Below, piece by piece: positions 30,747 through 46,000 of a stretch of DNA of 64,000 nucleotides; position 1 is the first letter of the stretch, and each line of letters opens with the position of its first letter. A model generated the notes under the pieces. The model had not been told where the DNA came from. It made no database searches and saw only the letters and a program-made list of their open reading frames with translations. Source of the DNA: Octopus sinensis (lineage: Eukaryota); contig NC_043003.1 of assembly GCF_006345805.1 (NCBI RefSeq), positions 44,888,001 to 44,952,000 on the forward strand. Direction: 5' to 3'. Made by a program: the position numbers and the translations under genes.

Positions 30747-31711
30747 AAATTCTAAGTTCAGCTCACACAATCGAACGTATAGGGATTACAATAAAACAGA
30801 GTATAACATCAATTTACTCACATTATAACATATGATAACAGACACGACCTCACATCAGCCCAAATTGCCAGTTTTATCAACACCGCACTAACTCAAAAGA
30901 AAACGCATGAAATTTGATTGTTTCTTTTTATAAGTTACATATTTTGCATCTTGTATCATGCACAATGTTTTCACATTTGCGTAAAACACTTGCTACCAAA
31001 GTTATATGAATTAAAAAAATTCGAGAGAACAATGATGTGCAAATACCGCTGAACGTTACTTTAAGGTTCATGATTTGTAGGTACGTGGTATTTCGTTATG
31101 AAGCCATAATATATTAGAAGTATATTAAATGCTTATTGTATTTTTTTTACAAGTCAATACTATATTCTACTGCGTTAGCAATGCCTTTTACAATATTTTG
31201 TTAAGGCTATTTCTACAGATATACTATAAAAATTATAGTATAGAAATTATAGTATATACAGCACTAATTTTTTAAATAACATTTCGGATCGAGACGTCAA
31301 ATGAAAACAAAAAATGAAACAATAAAACAATCAACCAGTGAGATTGATCTCATTGTTTGTTTACATTGGACGTGTTGACAGGAAACGGTGTAGCAAAAAT
31401 CAGTGGTGGCTATAATTTCTATGGAATATCTATAGAAATAACCAGAAAAAAATGTTACTTTAAGGTGTCTCTACAACCCTCAATATGATATGCCATACAC
31501 ACACTTACAAAAACAAACAACAACTAATTCCATTACGTACTTTACACTCTTCTCAGAATCATCAACGTACCCCACTGACATATTATTGTGACTATTTAAT
31601 GAACACAACACACGAACAATGCAATCACGGTAAACAATTTATATCAAACTAGACGGGAATTGACCGCTCATAGCCTACAGCTACTTCACGGATTACAGGT
31701 TTGTATTACTT

Positions 31712-31793
<82 letters not shown>

Positions 31794-31887
31794 CATATAT
31801 ATATATATATATATACATACATACATATATATATACATATATATATATCTATATATTATATATATATTATATATAATATATATATAC

Positions 31888-32209
<322 letters not shown>

Positions 32210-32212
32210 TTG

Positions 32213-34225
32213 ACTTTCTAACAAACTTTAAATGCAAACCTAGCCTCTTCTATGGTCTGCCAAAAATTCATAAAAGCCAAATTATAAATGAAACCATTAA
32301 AACATCACCAACGACATACATACACACACCTAACCCGGGGGACCTAAAACTACGACCCATTGTAGCTGGCCCAACCTGTGAAACACAGACTAAGTCTATT
32401 TATGGACATCCTCCTGAAACCCTTCCTTACACATAACGATAGCCATATCAGAGATGACTTAGATATGTTAAACCACCTTCCAAAAAAAGCCAAGGAAGAA
32501 ACAATCATGGTTTCATTTGATGTAGTTAACTGATATACCAGTATACCTCATAATTATGGACTAGAGGCAATACAGTTCTGGCTGGACCAATTTCCGGAAG
32601 AAATACCAAAAAGGATCAGTAAAGAATTCATTACTAAATCAATTGAATTCATCCTACATAATAACCACTTCATGTTTGACAATACATTTTACCGTCAAAA
32701 ATCCGGAATTGCTATGGGTACAAGGGCAGCACCAGTCATTGCGAACCTAACAATGGGCTACCTGGAAGTAATCATTTACCAGGAATCTTTATCAATCTTT
32801 GGAAACCTCCTCTCTCAATACATAAAAGAGAATTGGAAACGATTCCTGGACGATTATTTTATACTCTGGAATGAAAACACAGATAAACTCCTAAAATTTA
32901 AAAACCTATTGGACAGCATAAACCCAAATATACAGTTCACAATGGAATACAACAACCAAAAGGAGCTCCCATTCTTGGATATACTAATAAAAAAAATTAA
33001 CCTTAAAATAGAAACAGACATTTTTTACAAAGCCACAGACGCCAAACAATACCTTCATTTTAATTCATGACACCCAAGACACACTAAAACAAACATCCCC
33101 TTCAACCTTGCAAGAAGGATATGCACACTAGTGTCAGAACAAAATACCAGGAACTTTAGACTGCAAGAACTCAAAAACACCCTAATTGACTGACATTACC
33201 CAGCTCAACTCATAGAGGATGGGATCAGACGTGCAACAGAAATCAACATAGAAACTTTAAGAAAAGTTCAACACAACAACATACCTTCCCCGAAAATAAC
33301 TCCCTTACATATCCACATACGACCTCATAAACAAAGAAGCCTTCACCATCATCACCCAGAATTTACCAATACTTCATAAGGACCCCAAATTAAAGGAAAT
33401 TCTAAACACACCGAATCATTAAAAGCTACAAACAACCTAAATCACTTAAAAAGATTCTCACAAAGGCAAAATTGTTTTCTGAAATTACGGATGCAAAAGT
33501 TAAAAAATGTGGTAGACCGAACTGTACAACATGTCCAAACCTGCTAGAAGGATCAGAATTCTTCTTCAAAGAGGGACAGAAATTCAAGATCAAATCTAAT
33601 TTTACCTGTGCCTCTGAAAACATAATTTATGTCATAAATATTCGGGCTGCCACCAAGACTACGTGGGATCCACGGGACTATCACTCAGACGTAGATGCAC
33701 ACTGCATCAACAACAGATTACATTCCCAGAATACAGAATGATACCCTTTAGTGAGCACATTGAGAAATGCGCAAAGCAACTACTACCACAATTTTTAATC
33801 TTTCCATTTTACCAAAGTGCTATCGGAACACCAACACAAATTAGACTAAACAAGGAAACATTCTTCATTGAAAGTACAAGCCCAGACTTAACCATTCCAG
33901 CATACTTATACAGAGAAATTCACTCCAAAGGAAAGACAAAAAAATTTAAGCGATTATCTCCCTTAGACCGGAAGAAATCACTTATTACCTCCCCTTATTT
34001 GGAACTCTTCTCAACATAAACATAACGATAACTCTTCGCAACGTAAACATAACGATGTAAGAAATTTGAAAAGCTGAACGCGAAACCGGTCATTTCTTCT
34101 AAATTATGTCATTGTAAGAAAAAAATTGATAACATTCTTCAGACATATTGACTCAAATATATATATTTTTTTTAACCTTTTAAAACAAGCCTTCTGTAGT
34201 TTTTTCACTTTTTACTATTTTCTAT
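32213..34225 (+). mobile_element. 5'-truncated Penelope-like retroelement pseudogene (RT + Cys-rich linker + GIY-YIG; Neptune-like by inference)
   Basis: [90 protein letters not shown]; several stops/frameshifts; flanked by (TA)/(GA) microsatellites. Confidence 0.95.
34059..34098 (+). ncRNA. Minimal type I hammerhead ribozyme motif, U3-A8 variant
   Basis: AAGAAAT-TTGAAAA-GC(TGAAC)GC-GAAA-CCGG-TC^ATTTCTT: perfect 7-bp stem I, 2-bp stem II, palindromic stem III ACCGGT, GUC cleavage triplet; position in PLE 3' region is where HHRs are known. Confidence 0.75.
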
Positions 34226-34929
34226 ATATTCAACCACGTGCTTTCACAAACCAACTTTCTCATCTCTCTCTCTCTCTATATATATATATATACAATGATG
34301 TGCCTAACTACAAATATTTTAATAGACTAATGGTAATATAGACATTATACACAGTGCTATATACACAACTATCTACAGTTACCTGCTAGCAGACGCCAAG
34401 ATGTAGGTCTCAGTGTGCAAGCAGTTATATTTATTGTGATTAAATTTAATGCCTGCACTACAATCAACCTGCTACAATATAATGTAATATAATGTAATAT
34501 TAACAGAATATTATTCATTTCATGTTTGCTTCATTCTAAATAATATATCTGTAAGTAAGTATATATTCAATAATAATCTCAGCTTCTGTTTAAAATACCC
34601 CTCACAAATTAACACATATAGGTGTGCTTGTGTCTGTCTCTTTGTGGGCGAGGGGGTATCTGTGCGTCTCTATGTTTGTTTGTGTGAGTATACGTAAATA
34701 TATTGATATTGTCAAACTATGCAAATTATGCAACACGAAGGAAATAACATGCATAAAGCCAGCTGTGGAATGCTGCTTCGAAAGCAGGTTGGAAATATAA
34801 TTTTTGGGGAGATGGCATGTGAATATGCTGAAAGCTACTCATATTTCACGGGCAAATATTCAGGAATATGCATAGAGAGACACTGGCACAGACACATGAA
34901 CACACATACAAAAACACACATATATGTAC

Positions 34930-34982
<53 letters not shown>

Positions 34983-35011
34983 TATATGTATATATATATA
35001 TATATATATAT

Positions 35012-35061
<50 letters not shown>

Positions 35062-35112
35062 TACATACATATATATATATAATATATATTCATATATATA
35101 TACATGTATATC

Positions 35113-35206
<94 letters not shown>

Positions 35207-35640
35207 ATACTGGTGCTGCTAGGACTGCCTCAACTTAGCCGCCACAACCAATAATCGGCTACAACCCCAACCACCGCCACGGTTACTACTACTACGACCA
35301 ACAATCATTACTGCTGCTACCATTCCATTGGAACACAAGGAAACAAAAAAACAAGCACACGGTTCCTTTTGATACCAGCAAGAAACAATAATCAACTTCT
35401 TTACTACACTCAACTATAATATAGCGATTATACCAACTACCGATAAAACACCACCACATGGATTATATTGAGACCAGTAAGAAACAATTATGAAGTTTTC
35501 TATTGCACTTTTCTTTCTATAATAATTCTGATAAGGTTCGTTTTTTCAAGAACCGAAACATGTAAAATTCATAAGAAAATTAAAATTTATCTAATATAGT
35601 GGCGTTTTCAAACTTCTTTTTTACAATTATATATATATAT

Positions 35641-35767
<127 letters not shown>

Positions 35768-36299
35768 GGTACGCACATATACATACACACGTGAGTGTGG
35801 TGTGGTGGGGTGGGGGAACAAAGGAAAAGACGAATTCAAGCAAAAATAATAGAAATCGTAGGGACAATCACAGCAATGGTATTTATGAAAGAAAATTGTA
35901 TGTTTAACAGCATGGCTTTTCGAACACCGCCCTGAGTCTTATATGCAGAGAAGTGTCCAGAGAAGAGGGATAAGAATGGGCTTACGTGCCATCTCTGCGA
36001 TATATAAAATCTCGTTTAATATCTCCCTTGCATACAGTTTTGAAAACCGCTTGAAAATTCTAGCAATATTCAATGAATGATTGAATAATTGTAAATTTCA
36101 TTTCCTTGAAATTATTCACTTTCTACCAACAGCACACAAACTATTAACAGACAATGCTCACTCAGCAATGCATTGTTGATTAATCTCTCCCTTCTTTATA
36201 ATGTATATGTGTGTACATTTTGTGCATGCGTGTGTGTATTATACACAAACGCACATATACATATCTATATATTTATCTATTCAATTATATATATGCGTG

Positions 36300-36344
<45 letters not shown>

Positions 36345-37149
36345 ATAGTGAGAGAGAGAGAGAGGGAGAGAGATAAATAGATAGATATATATGTATTTAT
36401 ATGTAGGTATATATATTTATATTTATTTTTATATATATTTAGGTGTATAAATGTATCGATATATATATAATTACATACATATAATATGCACATATATATG
36501 TATATACATATACGTGCGTGTATGGGTGCGCGCGCGTATGTATGTGTATGTGTGCACATTCATATTTATGTATACGTTTGTGCCTGTGGATTTGATGTGT
36601 CAGGCTGCACATTTACGCCCGTTTGTGCCTAACGTATTTCTGTTTCTAAGCGCCATTCTGCAATTAGCTTCATATGCATGTGTTTGATGTTGAAATGATC
36701 TTTGTTCTAATGATTATTACCATTATTATAATCTTTATATTTATTAGCATCGTGTCCATCGTGACTGATATTGCTTTTCTATGATTTCATTAGCTTAATT
36801 CCTGTTAAGCACCATCAAAGTCAATAATACTATCATTGTAATCATAATAAGAATAGCACATATAAATCATATTTTAAAATTTTATCGATGAACATTCACA
36901 TGACATTTCCAATGCAGAAACGAGAAAGTGTCTATACGAAAACACCAAGTCTGGATTTTCAGATCTCTGTTGTTTAAATGCCTATGTCTTTATCTTTACA
37001 ATTGAAATATATAAACGTACAAGCAGCATTCAAAAACGTTTTCAGAACTTTGTAGGAGAGGTAGTTGCAGCTGTCCTAGTTTATTATTACTTTAGTAAAT
37101 CTACACATCTAAAATTACTATACGTTTTAATAAACTTTTTTTCTTCGAG

Positions 37150-37508
37150 ATTCGAAGTAGTCATCTTGCTACAAACCATTGCTTATCCCAATTCCATCTC
37201 TGTAACTAATTATTTGACAGAAATAGACATAGAAATGTGTCTTCCCACTTCTTTCAGTCCAAACCTTGCTCCCTGCGACTTTGGTTGTTCTTTATGCTGA
37301 AGGAGACCCTCTTAGACATTCGTTTTAAGGACATTGAGAAGATGGAAGTAGTGACAAGGACACCTGGACACCTTCAATTTGGAGTACTTTCATTTGGGGC
37401 TTCAAGAAATGGCTCGATTACTACAGTGTTAGACCTATTTTGATGGTGACTGGTGTGTGTTGCTTAGTTTCCTGAATATCCTTCAAAGCTACTGCAATGC
37501 ACCTCATA
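37150..37508 (+). mobile_element. mariner transposase C-terminal remnant with 3' end
   Basis: Frameshifted SPNLAPCDF-WLFFMLKETL..RFKDIEKM (YSPDLAPCDFWLF motif); ends cacctcata. Confidence 0.75.
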
Positions 37509-37574
37509 TGTTTCACTTCTATATATATATATATATATATATATATGTGGAGGGGTTTATGCATACGTATGTAA

Positions 37575-37808
37575 ATATATCACTTGATCACGTGACCAAC
37601 GAGGCTATCACTTGTTACTCATCGACGGTTACAATGTGTTTGCATTGTTTTAACCTTCAAATTTTCCCCCTGCTCCAAAGGGGGACTAGTGCAATGTAAA
37701 ATGAAACGTTTTGCTCAAGAACACAACGCACCGCCCAATTAGGGAATCGAAAATTTGATGTAGTGATCCTGAGTGAAACAGCCTAACCACTAGGCCACGT
37801 GCCTTCGC
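37575..37808 (-). mobile_element. tRNA-derived SINE (family B-type head)
   Basis: gctcaagaacacaacgc..gggaatcgaa..cctaaccactaggccacgtgcct = rc of A/B box head. Confidence 0.7.
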
Positions 37809-38081
37809 TAGTTATGTGTGTGTGAGCGTGTGTCTGTGTGTGTGTGTCTGTGGGTGAGTAAAATCCTGTATGAGCTATTTTTTCGTATGAACAATTCAAC
37901 CAGAAATTCAATGACTAACTTAAGATTGCTTATGAAGTGCGAAATCTTTGAATATGAGAACCTCGCATATACGATCGACATATGAAATGAGATAACGTCA
38001 GGTCGCTCTTGAAAGTTAATACTTGCCTGTTACCCAATAAAATATGCAGTTCTATATTTAAGAGATGGGAGATGATGCACA

Positions 38082-38315
38082 TTATATACATTATTTATAT
38101 TTAACGGATATTTGTCTTCATCTTGTTCGTTGTTAGCACAACATTTCGGCTAATATACCCTCCAGCCTTCATCTGGTGTCTTGGGGAAATTTCGATGAAG
38201 GTTCGATGAAGGTTCGATGAAGGTTCGATGAAGACTGGAGGGTATATCAACCGAAACGTGTTAACAAGAAGCTAGATGAGAACAAATATCCGTTAAATGT
38301 AAATAATGTAAATAA
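38082..38315. repeat. Fold-back (about 90-bp imperfect inverted arms) of PLE-terminal-like sequence with central 11-bp tandem x4
   Basis: 38082-38173 is rc of 38227-38315; (ttcgatgaagg) at 38191, 38202, 38213, 38224; each arm has GATGA-A-stem-GAAA HHR-like motif. Confidence 0.9.
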
Positions 38316-38599
38316 AGTCCAGTAAAATATGCTGCTGTTTCTGGTCATTGGATATTCAACTGGTAGTTCCTACAAGCCTGCTTGAAGAGGCAGATCATTT
38401 ACTGGAAATCCTGCGGGGCGAATATAACAAAACCCGTTAACGGGCGGAAGAACTCAATAGGATGAAGTGCCATCTAATAATATGTGAAATTTCATGTTCT
38501 AGTAGTTGGAGTGCTGTATCCACAATTGAAGAAATATTACTCGAAAGTATCGTCAATGTAAAGTCCTGAATGTAAAGTCTTAAATGTGTCCTAAACAAG

Positions 38600-39225
38600 T
38601 GAATTAGTCATAAACTCACAGCGCTCCAAAACACACCTCCAGCTATGGCGACAAACTATTGATATGAGGTTGCAGTTGCTTTGTACCAACATACACCGGA
38701 AAAAGTAATGGACGAAAAGGGGACGGCTAATATCCTCTGGGACTGGCGAGCTGGCAGAAACGTTAGCACACCGGGCGAAATGCGTAGCCGTATTTCGTCT
38801 GTCGTTATGTTCTCAGTTCAAATTCCGCCGAGGTCGACTTTGCCTTTCATCCTTTCGGGGTGGATAAATTAAGTACCAGTTATTCACTGGAATCGATGTA
38901 ATCGACTTAATCCCTTTGTTCGTCTTTGTTTGTTCCCTCTGTGTTTAGCCCCTTGTGGGTAGTAAAGAAATAGATATCCAGAGAGACAAAGTGTTGGAGC
39001 CCCGAAGGCCGCATTTAGTAGCCTTTAGGTGGGACAAACGACAATACCTAATAATCGACGTAGCAATGCCAGACCATCAATGCATCATCATGAAAGAAAG
39101 AGAAAAATGTTGATAAATATGCAGACCTGAGAACTGAGATCGCTAGATGTGGAGCTACGAGATTCGAACATAAAGTTTATCCCTATTGTCATCAGAGCAT
39201 TGGATCCAATACAACCCAATCAATA

Positions 39226-39256
<31 letters not shown>

Positions 39257-39370
39257 ATACATCTGAAAACCTTAGAAATGTCCTACGATCTAGATGTATT
39301 GCAAAAGTCGGCATTACTTGGAACTGTCTGAGTTCCTTGTTGTGACTTGACAAACAGTAGAAACGCCGAA
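38600..39370 (+). mobile_element. Decayed R4/Dong-type LINE RLE endonuclease fragment, interrupted by a SINE
   Basis: YQHTPEKVMDEKGTANILWD | IQRDKVLEPRRPHLV..YLIIDVAMP..MKEREK..DKYADLRTEIAR..IPIVIRAL; parallels 42612-42998. Confidence 0.8.
38744..38973 (+). mobile_element. SINE family C (aaagaaatag-tailed subtype)
   Basis: ggcgagctggcagaaacgttagcac...gtgggtagtaaagaaatag; matches 29270-29493. Confidence 0.85.
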
Positions 39371-39559
39371 TATCTTCAATCAACGACCTAAGTATATTGT
39401 ATACTGTGCGACGTCTCTACTAGTTATAATAAGAAAGTCCGCAGCGAAAAGCAAACATGACGGACGTGTACGAGCGAACACCGTGCGAAGTTGGATTAAA
39501 TCTTTGATCATCGGCGAATAGGAATTAAGAAACATGAAAATTAAGAAATATGAAAAAAG

Positions 39560-40500
39560 ATAATTATTTCTTTGTGTAAACCATTTCAGGACGCCGAAAT
39601 ATTTCTCTCATATTTGAAACATAGTTGCTGTCAGGTATGTAATCACAGAGAGAAAAGTGTGCGAAAATGTAAACTACACGCAGAGATGCGATTAGCCTAT
39701 GCAAGTATTGAAGTAATACGCGAGAATGCGATTCTGCTACAGAAAAATACAGTGAATACAAATAATTATTGTATATGCAAATATACATAACTGTAAAGTT
39801 TATTTGATTCACACATGCACCCGTACAGGAACAAGACATTGTAGAATAAAAATATTATCAATAAGTATAAAATGTAATTCATCTCAATTTAAATAGACAA
39901 AAAGCAGATATGCTTGGTAATAAAACTTAGAAAATAAAGGTGAATTTGTGTCTGAGCTAGAGACGCTCAAGGTACGAAAACAAAAATACCATACAGCCAA
40001 AAAGTTAACTCTGAATAGGCAGACCTTTCTCCTAATGACACTGCCCAAGCAAAAACAAACCAAAAGTGAACGGTGGACAGATGACAACAGTACTTGAAGC
40101 AATGATAGATTCTGAAGACGGTTACAATACAAGTCACTGCAGGACCCCTTGAAATGATCAGTAAAAGAACTAAAAAAGTATTTGAGAATGATCGCTAGAT
40201 CAGCATTCATGCAGGTAGCGCAAAATATGGTATTGAATGGTACATCACACATATTGAGAAGGGTATTGTCGCTGTGAATTTTCTCACCTTTTTAACCCTT
40301 TATTTTCTTTGTTTACTTTTATATTTTATATCTATTTCCTTTTCTCTACGTCTTTCTTCCCCTTTTTCCTATTACATGACTTCGTAAATGAACAATCTGG
40401 TGTGATTATTTTAATGGCCTACAAATGTATACAGTGCGTGCCTCTGTCCCAGGTGGTAGGAAGGTTCTGGAAGAGCAAAATAAGTAGAATTGAAAGAAGA
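39560..40500 (+). mobile_element. Old R4/Dong-type LINE 3' remnant with (TAA)n tail
   Basis: QDAEI..CQVC fragment and terminal MQVAQNMVLNGTSHILRRVLSL* (stop 40275-40277), matching IQKTVLMGTAHILRKILSM* at 42998. Confidence 0.6.
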
Positions 40501-40514
40501 TGATAATAAAAGTG

Positions 40515-40590
<76 letters not shown>

Positions 40591-41134
40591 GTACCAGGCA
40601 GTGGCTCTCATGGCTTCTGATCTTAACTGATTGGAAGTGTTATCATGTACATTGTTTTGTCTTGGTATAAAAGATGGGCTACAGCAAATATTCTGCTCAA
40701 TACCACAGATTTGCTTGTCAGTTGTTTGACCTTAACCAGTTGAGCATGTCCCTTAGTGGCTGACGATATGTGCATCTCTGATCACGATCAGAAGTAGTGG
40801 GGGAGCATCATAGCCATGTGTTGAGAGGGATTCTTTGGGGTTTGAATAGTTCACCTCTGGAAACATGGGTGGTTCTTTCAACATCCTTAAACAACCCTTA
40901 TTCAGGGACCGTTTGAGCGGGATGGGCTACTCAACATGAAGAAAATTCTAACTGGGCCCCACCTGCAAGGTCATGTGCTGTTTATCTTGATATGAGATCA
41001 CCATGTCGCGCACATATGGTTGTGATGCATGTGCCTGGTGTACCTTTATCAGACGGGTAGTCATGATGGGTATATTGGGCTTCGTATATTTTACCCCAGT
41101 GTCACTTTGATGGCATGAACTGCTCTCTCACTGA
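40591..41134 (+). mobile_element. Non-coding retroposon 3' segment inserted in (AAT)n
   Basis: 544-bp GC-richer block flanked both sides by (AAT)n (40513-40590, 41135-41225); no ORF; strand inferred from tail. Confidence 0.55.
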
Positions 41135-41179
41135 ATAATAATAATAATAATGATAATAATAATAATAATAACAACAATC

Positions 41180-43274
<2,095 letters not shown>

Positions 43275-43499
43275 AATAATAAAGCAGATGACGATGACGA
43301 GAAGGACGTGGAGGAGGAGGGAAAAGAAGAAAAGTTGGAATGGGGAAGAGGAGAGAAACTGTAACCACTGTTACAGCAAATTTTCCTTGCTGGAATGGAA
43401 GTATATCTCTGAAGAGTAAGAAGGCTTGATTCAAATCTGATGACCTACGATTAAGTGAAATGAAGATATTACCAGCTTTGAGTGGATTTGTAATTGAAA

Positions 43500-44350
43500 A
43501 CTGTGAAAATCGTTGAGAAACTGGATGAGGGCTTAACTGAAATTAATTCTAAGACAGTCTATCTGAGATAAATCAGTGTGATGTTTTAAAAAAGTAGGTT
43601 CACAAATTCGAAATTTGTGAACATACTTTACGAAAACATCACAAGATGATATCGTTATATACTTGGAACATAAGAAATGGTTCATGCAACTATTGTTGTA
43701 GCAGGACGATAAGATAATGGAAAGTAAATTGAAAGATAGAATTTCCAAAGTGTCCAAGAAAGTATTTAAGTGTGTCCTCGAAATAATTACAACTGGATGG
43801 AATATTATCAAGTCAAAAAATACGCAACAAATGAAAGTTTTGTAATGTTCAGTGCCTTTGCCAAAATGGTGAAAGACAGGGCCACAGAAGCTACAGTATA
43901 ACAGTAGAGAATTCAAAAGCAGGTCGATAAGATACTGGACAGACAGTTCGAATGTAGTAAATACAAGAAAATATTTCATGCAGGAAGTCAAGTAAGTTAG
44001 AAATAAAGAACGCCGGTTGTTACTTGAAACGAGAAAAAGAATCGCTGATCATACGTACTCGGGGCACGTACTTAAAAGTGCTCGATAAACACAAAGTTTA
44101 AACGAAAATCTGCGAGAGAGCAAACGCAGTATGTTGCAAGAGAGATGAATGTAGTAACAATTTCCAAAGTGAGTATTTCAAGCTGGCGCAAATAGATAAC
44201 AAACGCTAGTATTACTCTGACGGTAAAAGAAAGCATTGTGTTGCTAGCCAAGTTTTGGGGTTCGAAGACACAAAATAGTGGTAAAAACAAGAACAATTAT
44301 CGGTCGATGGTAATTGACAAAATTGAAAAAAGAAAAAAAAAAGTTCAAGA
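43500..44350 (+). mobile_element. Possible decayed Ty3/Gypsy RT-RNase H remnant
   Basis: DDIVIY (~43646) and YLKREKESLII (~44020) at roughly the spacing of YxDD and YSxxEKExLAI motifs; otherwise unreadable. Confidence 0.25.
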
Positions 44351-44825
44351 TCTTGTCAGAGAAAGGAAGCGACTGTGAAAGATGACGGAGACAATATTCC
44401 TGTCAGACTTGGTGAACTTATCACCCAACAGCCTAAATATTGGAATTTCCGACACACACTGTTAACCTGTAGAAAAGTGGCAGCTAGTATTCTGCGTATT
44501 TCCTAAAATAGATTCTTGATATTTAAGGAGACAACGTCGCGAAGCTTCAAGATAACATCTCTACTAATTAAACGAGCAGGGATGTTTTCATGAGATTTTG
44601 CGATACATTATGGTTCCATTTGTGTAATAATAATGAAGATAATGGTGACGCTGATAATAACAATAATAATTATAATATTTTTATAAAATTCGACGTAACT
44701 CTTCACGAAGATTTATAGAGCATGAATCCTAAAATAGATTCATGAGATATAAGGAGACAATGCCGCGAAGCTCCAAGATATCATCCCTGCTAATTACAAT
44801 CGCATCGCACTCTTCTTCATGTCTA

Positions 44826-44858
<33 letters not shown>

Positions 44859-45070
44859 CTGATAATAATGATGACGACGACGACGGTGACGATGATGACG
44901 GAGAAGGAGAGACGGAGAAGGAAAAGTAAGGGGACGACGACGAGAAAGAAGAAGAAGAAGAAGAAGAAGAGAAGAAGAAGAAGAAGAGAAGAAGAAGAAG
45001 AAGAAGAAGAAGAAGAAGAAGAAGAAGAAGAGGAGGAGGAGGAGGAGGAGGAGGAGGAAGAAGAAGAGGA
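44826..45070. repeat. Compound (GAT)n/(GAA)n/(GAG)n microsatellite; second purine tract at 46212-46618; pyrimidine/(ATT)n tract at 60030-60360
   Basis: Directly visible trinucleotide runs. Confidence 0.95.
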
Positions 45071-45285
45071 TAGTACTGAAAATGACAACTATATATATAT
45101 ATATATATATTTATTACTTAGAATGCCGGAAACATATAGCATATGTAAATGATAGTCGTAAAATTTATGCTGCGATGAAAACAGTGGGATGAGCAAGAAG
45201 TTTCTGAAATGAACATAATCAAAACTAGAGAATAGAACTGAATAAATACTGATCTGCTTAACAAGGGCAAGAATCTAAGCTATTT

Positions 45286-46000
45286 ATGTGAGACTAGCAG
45301 TATCGCCCGGCGTTGCTCAGGCTTGTAAGGGAAATAACTATAAAGCATCTTTAGAGAGTTATAGCCAAAAAATAGCAAAAAAATGGAAAAAAAATTATGG
45401 TAAATTTTTTTTTGAGAGTAAAAAAAGGTTGAGTTGCGTCCCCTAGACAGTCTGTGGTTTGTTTTTTTTTATTCTCGACCCCATGTCGAATTTATCGATT
45501 TTTTTCAGAACTGGGGGAACTTTTCAAAATTTTCGCTGCGTTAGTTTTGAATTATGACATTGGGCTATGCGTGTGTCAAGTTTCATCAGAATCGGTTGAA
45601 AGCCGTGGTCAGGGTGAGGGTACAAGCAAACAGACACACAGAAACACGCACAGACAAACTGCCGTTTATATATAGAGAGATATCGGATTGGCTCAGCAAA
45701 TGAAACTTCACGTTGTAATCGTTTCCTTAAACGCGCAACATAATGATAGAGAGATATCTCGCTTCCTGAATGTTGCGCGATCCTGCGTTATGAAAGATGG
45801 AAAAGAGCTGGAAAATGCTGATGAGTATCCAGCATGTACAGATAAACACGAAACGCATACACAGGGTCCTAATGCCATATGCCTTTGTAGGAAACGTCCA
45901 AGAAAATGTCCCAGAAGGTTAGAGATATTGAAAAGGACCACAAGATTTCAGAATGAATTTTATCAGAAGAGTATTTTATGAAGATATCCGGTACAAGTCA
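45286..46000 (+). mobile_element. Tc1/mariner-superfamily transposase N-terminal remnant, split by the Helitron
   Basis: Removing 45294-45680 gives M*DIGLAQQMKLHVVIVSLNAQHNDREISRFLNVARSCV..KELE and later YEDIRYKS; HTH-type N-terminus. Confidence 0.7.
45294..45680 (-). mobile_element. Non-autonomous Helitron-like element
   Basis: Minus strand 5' TCTCTCTATATATAAACGGC, 3' hairpin cctgagcaacgccggg then CTAG; inserted between A (45293) and T (45681) with no TSD. Confidence 0.85.

Noticed and set aside
33068-33070. In-frame TGA at a usually Cys position (HFNS*HP) suggesting selenocysteine recoding as in some PLEs
   Set aside because: Other TGAs (32531, 33191) fall at non-Cys positions and the ORF has frameshifts; ordinary decay is simpler.
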